Both the position numbers and the translations under genes were made by a program. From assembly GCA_014905635.1 (NCBI GenBank), contig JABVCE010000018.1:186001-250000 (forward strand): DNA of 64,000 nt, written 5' to 3'. The notes beneath the pieces are model-generated. The model searched no databases, was not told the origin of the DNA, and saw nothing but the letters and a program-made list of their open reading frames with translations. The DNA is from Scenedesmus sp. PABB004. Taxonomy: Eukaryota. Position 1 is the stretch's first letter. Each line of letters opens with the position of its first letter. Positions 46,048 to 58,476 of this stretch are shown one piece after another.

Positions 46048-49000
46048 ATGGCGGGCTACAACCCCCTGCGCGCATCGGCCGCACCGGGTGGAGGCGCCCC
46101 GCAGCCGGCCCCGGCGCCGCTGGGGGCGGTGCAGCTGCCGCCGCCGCTGCAGGGCGCGCCCGCGGCGCACGCCGCACTGCCGCCGCACCTGCAGCACGCC
46201 GGCGGCGGCCCGCCCGCGCTGCCGCTGTGGCAGCAGGAGCAGACGAAGCAGCAGGCGCAGCAGCAGACGCAGACGCAGCAGCAGGGCGCGCAGGTGCAGC
46301 AGCAGCCGCAGCAGCCGCCCGCGCTGCCGGGCGTGATGGGCCTGCTGGCGGCGGCGCGGGGCGGCGGCGGCGCGAGCGGGCCCGCGCCGACGCAGCAGGC
46401 GCCGCCCGGCGCGCTGGCGGGCGCGCCGCCGCCGCAGTCGGCAAACATGGCGCCGATGGGGTTTGTGGCGCCGCAGGCCGCGCCACCCACGCCGCCTGCG
46501 CCGGCGCCGGCGCCGCAGCCGGCGCAGCAGCCGGCGCAGCAGCCGGCGCCGCCGCCGGCGCCGCCGCCGGCGCCGGCGCTGCCGTTTGCGCCGCGCCGCC
46601 GCCCCACGCTCGACGGCGCGCGCGCCGCGCTCGCCGCGGCGGCGGGCGGCACGCCGGCCTTTGACCTCGCGGCCGCGATGCGCTGGGTGGCGCGGTTCGC
46701 GCCCGAGGCGGCCCGCCTGGTGGACAAGGTGCGCGCTGGAGCGCTGCGCGGGCACGCCCGTTCGTCTGCTGCTCGTCCACCTGCGGCCGGCGGCGTGTCG
46801 GCGCGTGGCGACGCCACATGCACACGATGCTGTGACCCGTCATCGCAGACCATCAAGAGCTACTTTGATTACATTCGCGACAAGCACGGCACCTGCGTCC
46901 TCGCTTGCTGCGCGTTCTTCGTGTGCGGCCAGTCCCGCAACTGGCGCGGTGCGGCGCGGCGGCGCGGCGGCGCGCGCGGCGCGAGTGCGGGTCGCGCTGA
47001 AACGGGCGCCGCCGCCGCCGCCGCCGCGGCGCAGGCGCGACGCGGGGCCTGACGCTGACGGGCGCCGACTCGCCGGTGAAGGTGCTCAACCAGGTGCGCC
47101 ACTCCCCCACCGCCCCCCCACCCCCCCCCCCCACCCCACACACACACACACACATCCACACCCACACCCACACACACACACACACACACGCACACACCCT
47201 CGCACACCTCACCCACACACCTGCCCCCCCCCACACACACACATACAGCGCCTGAGCTTCTATCGCCTCTTCTTCAGCCGCAGCCCGCCCAAGTGCGAGC
47301 GCATGGCCGCGCTCGTCGCGCTCAGGTGCGGCCCAGCCCGCCCCGCGCGCGCACGCGCATGCCGCGCCCCCTCCCCGCCGGCGGCTCCCGCGAAAACCCG
47401 CCGCCGCCGCCGCGGCGTGGGGCCTGCCTCGGCCGCGCCACCAGGCCCGACGTGGTCTGGTGCCTCACGGACGACACCGCGGTCGACATTTTTGACACGC
47501 AGACGCCCACAGGCGCGCGCTTGGCGCGCGCCGCGCCGCCAGCCGGCGCCGCTGCCCGGGCCGCGCGGCCGCGCGCGCGCGCGCCGCCGCCGCCGCCGCG
47601 CGGCGCGGGGCCCAGCCCGCCCCGCACGCGCCTTGCAGACGTCGCGTACGACGCGCTCGCCGCGCTCGCGATGCTGCCGGCGGGCTGGGGCGACGTGTGC
47701 GGGTCGGAGCCGCACGCCTGGCTCACAAACTACGTCCGCGCCGTGCTGAGGGTACGCAGCACCTGCGGCCCCGCGCGCGCCGCTGCGCCTGGCGGCGCCC
47801 CCGCCGCGCCACGCGCTGCCGCCGCCGCCGCGCCGCGCGCGCGGCCGCGTGCGCCTCACGCCGCGTTGCCGGCCCGCCGCGCCGCCCGACCTCGCCGCCG
47901 CCGCCGCCCGCCGCCGCCGCCTCGCGGCCGCCAGGACGTGGCCAACGCCGACAAGATGTGCCTGTTCCTCGAGCGGCGGCTGGCGCAGCACGAGGCGGCC
48001 GGCGGCGCCGGCGCCGGCGGCGCCCCCGGCCCCGCGGCCGGCGCGGCGGCGCTCACTGCAGACACGGCGCCCAGCTGGCGGGCGCAGGGGCCGGAGCGGG
48101 TGTCGATCGCAGAGGCGGTGGCGCAGCAGGCGCAGCAGGTGCAGCAGGTGCAGCTGCCACGCGCGCCGCCGGCGCCGGCGCCGGGCACGTGGGCGCGCGC
48201 CGTCGCGGCGCAGCCGCCGCCAACGATCGTGCAGGCGGCGCAGCACAGCCGCTGGGGCGTGCCCGGCAGCACGGGCCCCGCGGCGGCGGCGGCCATGCAC
48301 AAGCCCGGCGCGCCCGGCGGCTCGCGCGTGGCCGCGATGCACGGCGCCGCCGCGGCCGCCGCCGCCGCCGCCGCCGCCGGCGCGGCGCCCGCCGGGGCGC
48401 CCCCCGCGCGCGCCGCGTCGCCCGGCGGCAGCAGCGGCAGCAGCCCGGTGGAGCTGGCGCTCGTGCAGCTCTTTCACGAGCGGCCAGACGTGTCCGCGTA
48501 CGCCACGCGCGAGCTGCGCGAGGCGATCAAGGCGCTGCCGGCGGCGCAGGGCCTCGCCGCGGTCGGCGAGCTCGTGTGCCTGGACAAGGGCTGGGAGGCG
48601 GCGCTGCCGCCGCGCACGGCGCCGCGGGACCACCTCGCGCAGGTGGTCAAGCGCGCCGCCGCGCACGTGGCCATGGCCGGCGCCGCCGGCGACGACGACG
48701 ACGGCTGGACCAAGCTCGGCAGCTCGCCCGCGCGCGGCGGCGCCGGCGCGGCCGCCGCGGGCCTGGGCGCGGCCGGCGCGGGCCCCGGCGCGCAGCTGCA
48801 GGCGGCGTGGGCGGCGCTCGAGCGCGAGCGCCCGGACCTGACGGCCCACATGCAGGACTTTCACCGCGCGCCCATCATGCGCCTGCCCGTGGACCAGCAG
48901 CTGCAGGCGCGCGCACGGGCGGGGCCCGCCCTGCTGCGCGCGTGGCGCCGCGGCCGAGCCCCGCCGCCGCCCCGCCGCCGCCGCCGCGCCGCGCAGGTCC

Positions 49001-49658
49001 TGGAGAGGCTGCGCGGCGCGCCGGAGAACCTGCTGGACCCCGCCAACACGCGCGACCCGACGGGCCGCCTCCTCGCCGAGATCAACGCGCGCGTGCGCCT
49101 GCTGCACCCGCTGCCGCCCAGGCTCGAGGTGCGGCGGCGCGCCCCGCCGCGCCGCGCCGCCGCCCGGGCCCGCGCGCCACGCGCGCCCATCGCCGCCCCG
49201 CGCGCAGACGGCGCTGGCCGCGTTTGCGCGGCACCACCCGCACGTCGCGCCCTACATCGACGACGGCATGGTCGTGCGCCTCGTCAAGTGAGCGAGCAGC
49301 GGGCACTCCCGGGCCGCCCCTTGAACCGCCGCTGCCAGCGGCCTCACCGCGCCGCCCGCGATGCGCCGCGCAGCCTGCCGCTCGACGTGGCGCTCTCGGG
49401 CATACGCGCGCTGGACGCCACGTTCTTCTCGGACAGCTGGCCGAGCGACGTGGTCAAGGTGCGGCGGCGCCACGCGCGGCGGCCGCGCGCGTCCGCGGCC
49501 CCGCGCCCACGCCGCTCGCGCCCGCGCCGCGCGCGCCCCGCCCTTGCCGCGCGCCTCGCCGCCCCGCCCTTGCCGCGCGCCAGTCGCCCAGCGGCTGGCT
49601 CATGGGCATCATCAAAAGGGAGGAGCGGCGCCTCGCGGAGCGGGCGCAGCAGCAGTGA
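46048..49658 (+). CDS. Multi-exon hypothetical protein with repeated helical domains resembling NURR (hnRNP Q/R N-terminal domain)
   Basis: About 11 exons with consistent GT/GC-AG sites. Repeated units end in SPVKVLNQRL, EPHAWLTNYVR, APRDHLAQVVK, DPTGRLLAEIN and SPSGWLMGIIK. Confidence 0.62.
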
Positions 49659-50067
49659 GCGGAGCGGCGCGGGGCGGCGGCGCACAAACGGGCGGGGCCG
49701 GGGCGCAAGCGCGGCGGGGACCCCGCTGCAACAGGCGACGGTGCAGCCGCCCGGAGAGCCGAGAGCGCAGCCGGCACCCGACCCAGCCCGCTGCCGCGCC
49801 GCCGCATTCGATTCTCGCACCGCCGCGAGCAGCGCACGCCGGGCGCACGCCCGCCCGCCGCCGCTGCTCGAGCCCGCTGCGAGCGTCCTGCGCGGCATGT
49901 AGCTGTCGGAAGCAGCAGCTGCGGCAGCCCAGGTGCGCGGAGGATGGCGGGGCACCGGTGGCAGCAGCAGCGAGCGCGCTGCTGCTGCCGGCGCAGGCTC
50001 TGCTCGCCAGCAGCTCACGGCCCTGGCACTGACCCGACCTGCGAAGTCAGGCGCTGCCGGCGCTGCG

Positions 50068-52070
50068 ATGGGCAGCGGCGGCGGCGGCGCGGGCGCGCCG
50101 GCGCCGCCCGCCGTGGGGAAAGTGCACCGACACGTTCTCCCTCTGCTCGTGGCGCTCGTCGTCGTCAACTACCTGGACCGCACGGCGCTCGCGTTTGCGG
50201 CGCTGCAGCTCTGCGACACGGCGTGGTTTGACGCGCGCGTGATGGGCGTGGTGCGCAGCGCGGCGGCGCCGCGCCAGCTTTGGTTTTGATGGCCCGCGCG
50301 GCTGGCCAGCTCGCCAGCTGGCGCGCCAGCTTTGGTTTTGATGGCCCGCGCGGCTGGCCAGCTCGCCAGCTGGCCGCCGCCGACGCACCGCCGCCCCGCC
50401 GCGCGCTCTGCATGCAGGGCGCGGCGCTCTTCTACGCGAGCTACGTCACCTTCCAGATCCCCGCCAACCTCGCGCTCACCCGCCTCGGCCCCCGCTTCTG
50501 GCTCCCCGCCATCGCCGCGGCCTGGGGCGCCGCCGCCGCGGGCGGCGCGGCCGTGGCCAGCCCCGCCGGCTTCTACGCCCAGCGCCTCGCGCTCGGCGCG
50601 GCCGAGGCGGGCTGCTTCCCTGCCGTGTGGGCGGTCTGCGGCTGCTTCTATCCGCAGGCCCACATAACGCTGCCCTATTCCATCATCGAGGCGTCGATCG
50701 CGGCGAGCCAGATCCTCGCCGCGCCCGCGGCGGCGGCGCTGCTGCAGCTCGGCGGCGCGGGCGGGCTCGCGGGCTGGCAGTGGCTGTTCCTGGTCGAGGG
50801 CGCGGCGACGGTTGCGCTCGCGGGCGTGCTGCGCTGGCGCCTGCCGGGCTGCGTTGAGAGCGCGCCGTTCCTGGACGACGCCGACCGGGCGTGGCTGCGC
50901 GCGCAGCTGGGCGCGCAGCACGCGGCGCACGCGCACGCGCCCACGCCCGCGCCCGCACACGCGGGGCAGGGCAAGCCGCCGTGCGGCAGCGGGGACGCCG
51001 TGTTGCTGCTGGACGGCGTGGGGCCCGCCGGCGGCAGTGCCGCGCCGCCCGGCGGCGGCACCGCCGCCGCGCCGCTGGGCGCGTGGGCGCAGGTGCGGCT
51101 GACCTTCTCCAATCGGCTCACGCTGTACCTCATGGCCCTGAAGGCCCTCAAGGCACGCCGCGCGACGCGCGGGGCTTGGCGCGGGGTGGGGCGGGGCTCG
51201 GCGCGGGGCGCCGTCAGCAGGGCGCTGCGCTGCGCGGCGCGGCGCGGCGCGGCGCGGCGCGGCGCGGCGCGCGGGCCGGCGCGCCCAGGCCGCCGCCGCC
51301 CGCCGCCGCGTGCTCTCTCACGCGCCGCGCCGCCGCGCCGCCGCGCCGCCGCGCAGGACGTGAGCCTAGACGGCCTCGTGTATTTCGTGCCGTTGCTGGT
51401 TCACGCGCTGCTCGACGGCGGCGCGGCGCTCTCACTGGGCGCGGCGCCGCAGCAACCGCCGGGCGGCGGCGGCGGCGGCGGCAAGCGCTGCGGCGGCAGG
51501 GACTCGCAGCTGCGCGCGGTGCTGGTGAGCGCGATTCCGTTTGGCGCCGCCGCGGCCGCCGCGGTCGCGCTCGGCGCGAGCTCCCAGCGCCGCGACGAGC
51601 GGCGCCTGCACATCGGGCTGCCGCTGCTCGCCGGCGGCGGCGCGTTCCTGCTGCTCCCGCTGCTGCTGCGCTGGGCGGGCGTCGCGCCGGCGTTTGCCGC
51701 CGTGACGGCGGGCGTCGTCGCGGCCGACGCCACGACCGGGCCGTTCTGGTCCTGGGTCCACGACGCGGCGTCCCCGGGCACGGGGCCGGTGAGCCTCGCC
51801 GCCGTCAACTCCGTCGGCAAGGCCGGCGGCGCGCTGGGCCCGCTGTTCTTCGGCCTGTGGCTGCACGCGAGCGGGAGCTTCGTGGCCTCCATCATCGGCG
51901 TCGGCGCCGTGATGCTCGCGGCCGGCGGCCTCGCGCTCGCATATCCGGGCGACCGGCGCGGCCGCGCGGGCGGCGGCAGCTACGCCGCGGTGGCGCAGCA
52001 CGAGGGCGGCGGCGGCTGCGGCGGCGGCGGGCGGCGCAGCACCGAGCTGGCGGCGCTGCAGCAGGCGTGA
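50068..52070 (+). CDS. MFS transporter, anion:cation symporter (TtuB/allantoate-like) family
   Basis: Motifs VLPLLVALVVVNYLDR, FYASYVTFQIPANL, RLALGAAEAGCFP, GGLAGWQWLFLVEG, DERRLH and AAVNSVGKAGGALGP. Introns at 50251-50417 and 51153-51356 (GC-AG). Confidence 0.92.
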
Positions 52071-52208
52071 CGCGGGGTCGGCGCGTGACTGAACCGGTCG
52101 CGCTTGGCCGCCGAGTCGCAAGGAATGTTACGCAGCGCACAAACGACAACGAAATCAACGCCTCGCACCGCGCCGCGCCGCCTCACGCGCGCGCCGCGCC
52201 GCGTCGCC

Positions 52209-55200
52209 TCACGCACGCGCCGCCGCGGGCGAGCCCGCCGGCGCGCCCACCATCTCGGTCGCCTTCGCCGCCGCCGCCGCGGGCTGCTTGGCGCTCGGCG
52301 CCGCCTGCCCCGCCGCCTTGAGCGCCGAGTACATGCCGTCGATCTGCGGCGGAGAGCGCGCGGGGGCGGTCAGCTCGTGCGGCACGCGTCGGCCGCGCCG
52401 GCGGCCCGGCCCCGCCGCCTCCTGCGCGCGCGGCGCCTCCTCCCCCCGCGTCGCCCCGCCTCGACCCATCCAGCAGCACACGCCTCGCCCGCCCGCCCAC
52501 GCCCGCGCAACGCGCCCGTCACCGATCCACCCGCGCGCCGGCGCGCCGGCCCACCTTGGGCTTGTAGTGCTTCAGCAGCTGCGGGCGTTTGAGCGAGAGC
52601 TTGGGCGTGATGAGGTCAAGCTCGATCGAAAACGGCTCCGGCTCGAGGTGCAGCGCCTTGGGGAACTCAAAGCCCTTGAGCTTCGCGCCCTTGCCTGCGC
52701 GCGTCACGCAGCCAGGCAGGCGGGCAGGCGGGCGGCGCGGCGGCGACGCGGCGATGAGCGGCGTGGGAGGGCCAGTGAACGCGCGCGCGCGCGCGCGCGC
52801 TCCCGAGGGGCAGGCGTCGGCGGGGGGCAGAGCGCGTCCGCGCCCGCAAGCGCCGCGCCGCACCCGTGGCGGTGAGGCTCGCGAGCACGTGCGCGCGCGC
52901 CTCGGGCGTCGCGCAGAGCGCCTTGGTGTCGAGGCCGGCGAGGCCCTCCTGGCCCGCGGCCCAGGCCTTGAGCTTCGACTCGAGCGGCACCACGACCGCG
53001 ACGAGGCACGACTCAAAGCTCGACCCGTACAGCCAGATCTGCTCCACCAGCTCGCACTTGCCAAACTCGGCCTCCAGGAACTCGACAGCCACGTACTCGC
53101 CTGCGCCGCGCGGCGGGCGGGCGCGGCCGCGCGTGAGCGAGGTGCGGAAGCACACCGCCGCCGGCTGGCCGCCAGGCACCGCACGCCCACTCCCCACCAA
53201 CGCCCACGCCGACGCCCGCGCGCCCCGCGCCCACACCGACGACCAACAACCCGCGCGCGCGCCCGCCGCCGCCGCCGCGGGCCCGGGCGCCGCCGCCACC
53301 CTGGCTGAGCTTGAAGATGTTCTTCTTGCGGTCGATGATGCGCAGCGCGCCCTCGGGCGTGAACTCGCCGATGTCGCCGGTGTGGAAGAAGCCGTCGGCG
53401 TCGACCGCCTCGGCGGTGAGGTCGGGCTGCTTGTAGTAGCCCGCAAACATCGGCGGCCCCCGCACGCACACCTCGCCGCGCGGCGGCCACGACGACGGGG
53501 AGTGCCCGAGCTCCGGCACCGCCTCGAGCCGCACCTGCGGGGCGCGGCCGCGCGGGGCGCAGGGCGTGGGCGACACGGCCGGCGGCGCGGCGCGCGCGGC
53601 GCGCGTGTGCGCGCGGGCCGCAGCGCGCGCGGGCCGCGCCGCGTCGCGCCTGCACGCCGGGCATGGGCGGGCCGACGGTGCCGACGTGGCTGAGCTTGTT
53701 GGGGAACTGCACAAACGTCGCCGCGCAGCTCTCGGTCAGGCCGTAGCCCTGCGCGGAGGGGGGGGGAGGTGTGAGCGCGCGCGGCGCGGGCGCGGGCACC
53801 GCGGGCGCTGCACAGCCGGGCGCCACCGCCGCGCCGCGCCGCCGCGCCCCGCGTCGCCCCTGCCTGCCGCGCTGGCTCACCTGCAGCACGGGCACGCACA
53901 TCGCGACCTGCATGAAGTCCTGGGCGTACTTTGGCAGCGGCGCGCCGCCCGACAGGAACACGCGCAGCCGGCCGCCGACCGCCGCCTGCGTGCTCTTGAA
54001 GACCACGCGGTTGGCGAGCGGGCTCGCGGCGAGCGTGTCGTAGCCGAGGCGCATCCAGAACGTCTTGTACGCCACCGCCGCGTGGAAGAGCGCGGCCTTC
54101 AGCCCGCCCATGCGCTTCACCTGCGCGGGGGTTTGGGGTTGAGGTTTCAGGGCGGCGCGCCCTCCCAGGCCGCCCGGCCGACGCGGCCCCGCTCCTCGCC
54201 GCCCAGCCCAGCGAGCCGCGCGCTGCTGCTGCTGGTGCGGCGGCGCGCGCCGGGCGCGTGGCGCGCGCGTGCCTTGTCCATGACGCCCGAGTAGACGCGC
54301 TCGTACACGCGCGGCACGCCAGCAAACACCTGGCAGGGTTTTAGGCGGCGGCGCGGCGGCGGCGGGGTTTAGGCGGCGGCGCGGCGGCGGCGCGGCGCGG
54401 CGCGGGAGCGGGACGTGGCGCGGGAGGCGGGGCGCGGGAGCGGGGCGCGGCGCGGCGCACCGTGGGCTGCAGCGCCGCCGCGTCGTCGAGCACCTTGCGC
54501 GTGTCGCCGGTGTAGTAGCCCACCGCGGCGCCGAGGAAGAGCACCATCTCCTCCACCACGCTGGCGCGCAGGGAGGTGGTGGTGGTGGTGGTGGTGGTGG
54601 TGGTGGTGGTGGGGGGGGGCAGCGTGTGTGTGAGCGAGCGTGCGTGTGAGCGAGCGCATGTGGGCGTGTGAGCAAGCGCGCGCAGCGCGCGGGCGGCGCG
54701 CGGTGGTGCCGGGTCGGGCGGCCCGCGCCCGACCAGTCAACCCTGGGTCGACCCTAGACCCTGGTAACCTTGCGCCCTGAACCCTGGGTCAACCCTAAAC
54801 CGCAAGCCCTGTCCCTCACCGGTCAAAGATGTGCGCGAGGGTGAGGAACGAAAAGTAGACGTCGTCCGGCGCGACCTCGAGCTTCATCGCGGTCAGGAAC
54901 TCGCGCATCGACTCCACCTCGCTCATCACGCTCCCGTGCGTGTGCATCACGCCCTTGGGGCTGCCTGCGCGGCGCGACGCGGCGCGCCAGCCGGGCGCGG
55001 CGCGGCGCGGCGGGTTTGGCGCGGCGGGTTTGGCGCGGCGGGTGTGGCGCCGCGCGTCTGCGTGGGCGCCGCCGCGACGAGAGAGAGAGAGAGAGGCGAG
55101 AGCGCGGGGCAGCAGCAGCTGGGGGGTCCTCTGGGGCGCGGCGGCGGCGCACCGGTGGTGCCGCTGGTGTACATGATGGTGCAGAGGTCCTCCGGCTTGG

Positions 55201-56410
55201 GCGGCACCGCGTCGCGCGGCTTGGCCGCGCCGAGCTCGAGCAGCTCCGCCCAGGGCAGCACCTTCACGCCGCACGCCGACACCGCCTGCGCGCGCGCGGC
55301 GCGGCGCGGCGCGGCTCGCGCCGCGCCGCGCGCACGCGCCCCTCTCTGCGCAGGCGGGCGCGCCTGCGGCCGCTGCCCCACCCGCGCCCGCGGCCGCTGC
55401 CCCGCCGCGCCGCCGCCGCCGCCGCACCTCGACGGCGCCGTCGGGCGCGTCGCCCCAGTACGCGACGCCGAGCAGCTCGCCCTTGAAGCCGCGCAGCGCC
55501 TTGGCCAGGCCCGGCAGCTTGGCGCCCTGCGCCACCACGAAGCGCGTCTCGCTGTGGCTGAGCACGTACTCGATCGCGCTCTCGCCGAGCGTGTCGTACA
55601 GGGGAACGCACTCGAGGCTCGTGCGGTTGCAGCCCTGCGCGGCGCGCGTCGGCGCCCGCGGCGCGCGTCGGCGGCCGCCCCTGGCCCACCGCCGCCGGCG
55701 GTCCGCGCCGTGCCGCGGCGCTGTGCTTGGGGCACGCGCCTGCATCGCGATCATCCACTCGACGCAGTTGGCTCCAAACACGCCCAGCCGGTCGGTCGGC
55801 TTGAGCCCCAGGTTCAGGAACGCGCTGCCGGCCTGCGCGGTGGCGGCGGCACACGCGGCGCGGCCTCTGCGCTGCGCCCGCCGCCGCCGCGGCGCCGCCG
55901 CGGCTGCCCCCGCGCTTCCGCGCGCGCCGCCGCCGCGCCTTGGCCGCCATCTCCCACGCCTCGGCGTATGTGTAGAACTTGTACGGCCCCGGCTTGCCGT
56001 CGGCGCCGACGGTGCGGTAGCCCAGGCAGGGCTTGTCCGCAAACTTCTCGGCCGACGACCTGCACGGCGGGGCACGGCGCGGCGCGGCGCGCGCGCTCGG
56101 CCCGCCGCCGCTCGCACCGCCGACCCCGCGCGCCGCGCCGCCGCGCGGCGGCGCGCGGCCCGCCCGCCGCCCGGCCCGCCGCGCCCAGGTCCGCCGTCGC
56201 CGCTGCCGGCGGCGCTGCGTGCCGCGCCGTGCAGCAGGGGCGGGGCAGCGCTCACTTGAAGAGGTCGTAGCAGGTGTCGACGCCGGGCGGGCGGTGGATG
56301 CCGTCCTTGGCGTAAGCGACCGCGTACGTGGGGCCCGCCTCGGGCGCGTCAACGCTCGCAGGCCGCCCCGGGGCGACCTCGGCCAGCAGGCGCATGCGCC
56401 GCGGGGCCAT
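52209..56410 (-). CDS. LACS: Long-chain acyl-CoA synthetase
   Basis: Motifs CVPLYDTLG, AMP-binding TIMYTSGTTGSPKGV, SFLTLAHIFDR, GVPRVYERV, SGGAPL, QGYGLTESC, GFFHTGDIG, IIDRKKNIFKLSQGEYVA and ITPKLSLKRPQL. Confidence 0.97.
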
Positions 56411-57106
56411 GGCGCGCGCCGCGCCGCGCGCGAGGGCCGGTCGGCGCCGCCGCTGCTGCCGTGCTGCTGCCGGTCGCCGCCGCCGCCGCTGCTGCCGCTC
56501 CCTGCCGGCGCGCTGTCGTGTGCACCTGGAGTGTGCGGTTGCGGCGTGAGTGGCGGGGCGGGGCGGGCACTTGGCCAGCGGAGAGGGTGCGCAGCGTGCA
56601 GCTGTCTCCCGTCTGCCGTTCCCGGGTCGCAGGCCCGCGCGGGCGTGCTTCCGGGCTGCCGATCGCTTTGGGCACACACGCTCCGCGGCGCGCGCCGCAC
56701 CTGGGGGCGGTCTGAGGGCGGGAGGGCGCAGATGCGTGCGCGGTCGATGCGACTGGCCCGGCAGCGTGCGGGGGCGTGTGCTCACTGTGCGCGCGCAGCT
56801 GCGCGTGCGCCTGCGTTTACTCTGTGACAGCGCGCAGTGGACAGAACCGCGAGAGGCGTGACGCTGCGGCTGCCCAAGCGAGGCTTTGCTCATCTTGGGC
56901 TGTGTAAGCCAGCCCCTCACGCCCCAATCACACGAACCACGCCACCCACCCGGAGCCGCAGCCAGCAGCGACGTCGGCGGCGGCAGCAGCAGTGGCAGCG
57001 GCGCGCGGGCAGCGGCGGCAGCACCGGCGCACAGCGGTGGCGCACGGCAGCGGTCGCGGCGTGCGGCGTCAGCAGGGGCGCGCTGCACGGGCGGGCAGCG
57101 GCAGCG

Positions 57107-58180
57107 ATGCCGGCGCCGCCAGCGGCGCTGCTGGTCCGGCAGCGCCCGCCGGCGGCGGCCGCCGCCGCCGCGGCGCCTCCGCGGCGCCGCGGCGCGCTGC
57201 GGCCAGTGGCCCTGCACAAGCAGTATGCGCTCAACGGCGCGCCGCCGCCCTCGGCGCCGCGCGCCGCCGCCGCCGCCCTGCCCGCGACGCCGGAGGGCGT
57301 GGTGCTCGAGTGCCTGACCGCGCTGCGCCGCGGCGCGCTCGCTGAGCTGGAGCCCTTCCTGCCGGCGGCGCGCCTCGCGGCGCCGGGCGCGCCGGTGCTC
57401 GTGGCGGGCGTGCCGGTGCAGGAGGCCGGCCCGCTCGCGCGCTGCGCGCCGCTGATGGACGCCGCGGCGCGGCGCGCGCTGCCGGGGCACCTGCTGCGCC
57501 GCGCGCGCGTGCTCAGCGTGCTCACCCACGGCGGCAGCAGCGTGCTGCGCGTCGCGCTGACCGCGTGCACGGGCGAGGAGCTGGTGCTGACGTGGCGTCT
57601 GGGGCTGGTCGGCCTGCCGGGCATCGCGTCGGGGCCGGCCGCGCAGCCCGCGGCAGAGGCGGCGGCAGAGCCGGCAGAGCAGCAGCGAGGCGGCCCGAGC
57701 GCGGCGGACCGCAGCGGCGGCGGCAGCGGGAGCGGCCCGGCCGGCCCCGGCGCGTGCTGCTGGCAGGTGCTGTCGTGCGAGCGCGACGCGAGCGGCGACG
57801 ACGACGCGCTGCCGGCGGCGCCGCACCCGCGCGCGCCGCCGGAGCTGGTGGTGCTGGGGCAGCTCGCCGCGCTGCGCCGCGGCGACGCCGTGGCGGCGGC
57901 GGGCTTCAACATGCTCGGCCGCCACGCGGGCGCGAGCGGCTGGGACGCGCACCTCGCGGCGTGGCGGCAGCTGCTGGCGCGGCCGCGATACGGCGCGCTG
58001 TGTGCGCACGCCGCCACCGAGCTGGGCGCGAGCGCCCTGCCGAGCCAGCGGCTCGTGCTGCAGGAGGTGCTGCTGCGCTCTGCGCCCGGTGGGCGGCCGC
58101 CGGAGCGCTTCCTGTGGCGGCTGGGCATGGCCAGCGACGGCTGCTGGGCGGTGCGCGCGATCGAGGCGCTGCCGTCGTGA
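57107..58180 (+). CDS. Intronless plastid-targeted protein with tandem NTF2/DUF4864-like domains
   Basis: Transit-like N-terminus. Two related units (PEGVVLECLTALRRG...LTWRL...WQVLSC and PHPRAPPELVVLGQLAALRRGD...FLWRL..GCWAVRAI). Confidence 0.65.
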   Translation: MPAPPAALLVRQRPPAAAAAAAAPPRRRGALRPVALHKQYALNGAPPPSAPRAAAAALPATPEGVVLECLTALRRGALAELEPFLPAARLAAPGAPVLVAGVPVQEAGPLARCAPLMDAAARRALPGHLLRRARVLSVLTHGGSSVLRVALTACTGEELVLTWRLGLVGLPGIASGPAAQPAAEAAAEPAEQQRGGPSAADRSGGGSGSGPAGPGACCWQVLSCERDASGDDDALPAAPHPRAPPELVVLGQLAALRRGDAVAAAGFNMLGRHAGASGWDAHLAAWRQLLARPRYGALCAHAATELGASALPSQRLVLQEVLLRSAPGGRPPERFLWRLGMASDGCWAVRAIEALPS

Positions 58181-58476
58181 GCGCGCTCAAGGCATGCCCG
58201 CGGCCCGTCGCTCCTCCCACCGCCGCCGGGGCTCAAGGTAAACCGCCCGGCGCCGCGTTGGTCCGCGGCGCCGCTGTGAACTGCACCCACATCCCCAACG
58301 CTGCCACTTTGCGATCTCCCGCGGTCGGCGCCGCGCGGCGGCTGCGCCCGGCGCTGCCGAGCCGAGCCAGCGCCGCGAGCAGCGGCAGCACCCGCCGCCG
58401 CCGCCGCCGCCCAGGGCCGCGCCGCCCCCTGCCACGCGCTCGTCGAGTTGGCAGCCCGCCTGGCCAGCCATCCGCG

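Noticed and set aside
50068..52070. Recent bacterial horizontal transfer of the MFS transporter
   Set aside because: It has spliceosomal introns and host-like composition, and the family is widespread in eukaryotes. Origin cannot be judged without a phylogeny.
54737..54815. True telomere or telomerase RNA
   Set aside because: Short, degenerate and inside an intron of an intact gene, with no supporting structure visible.
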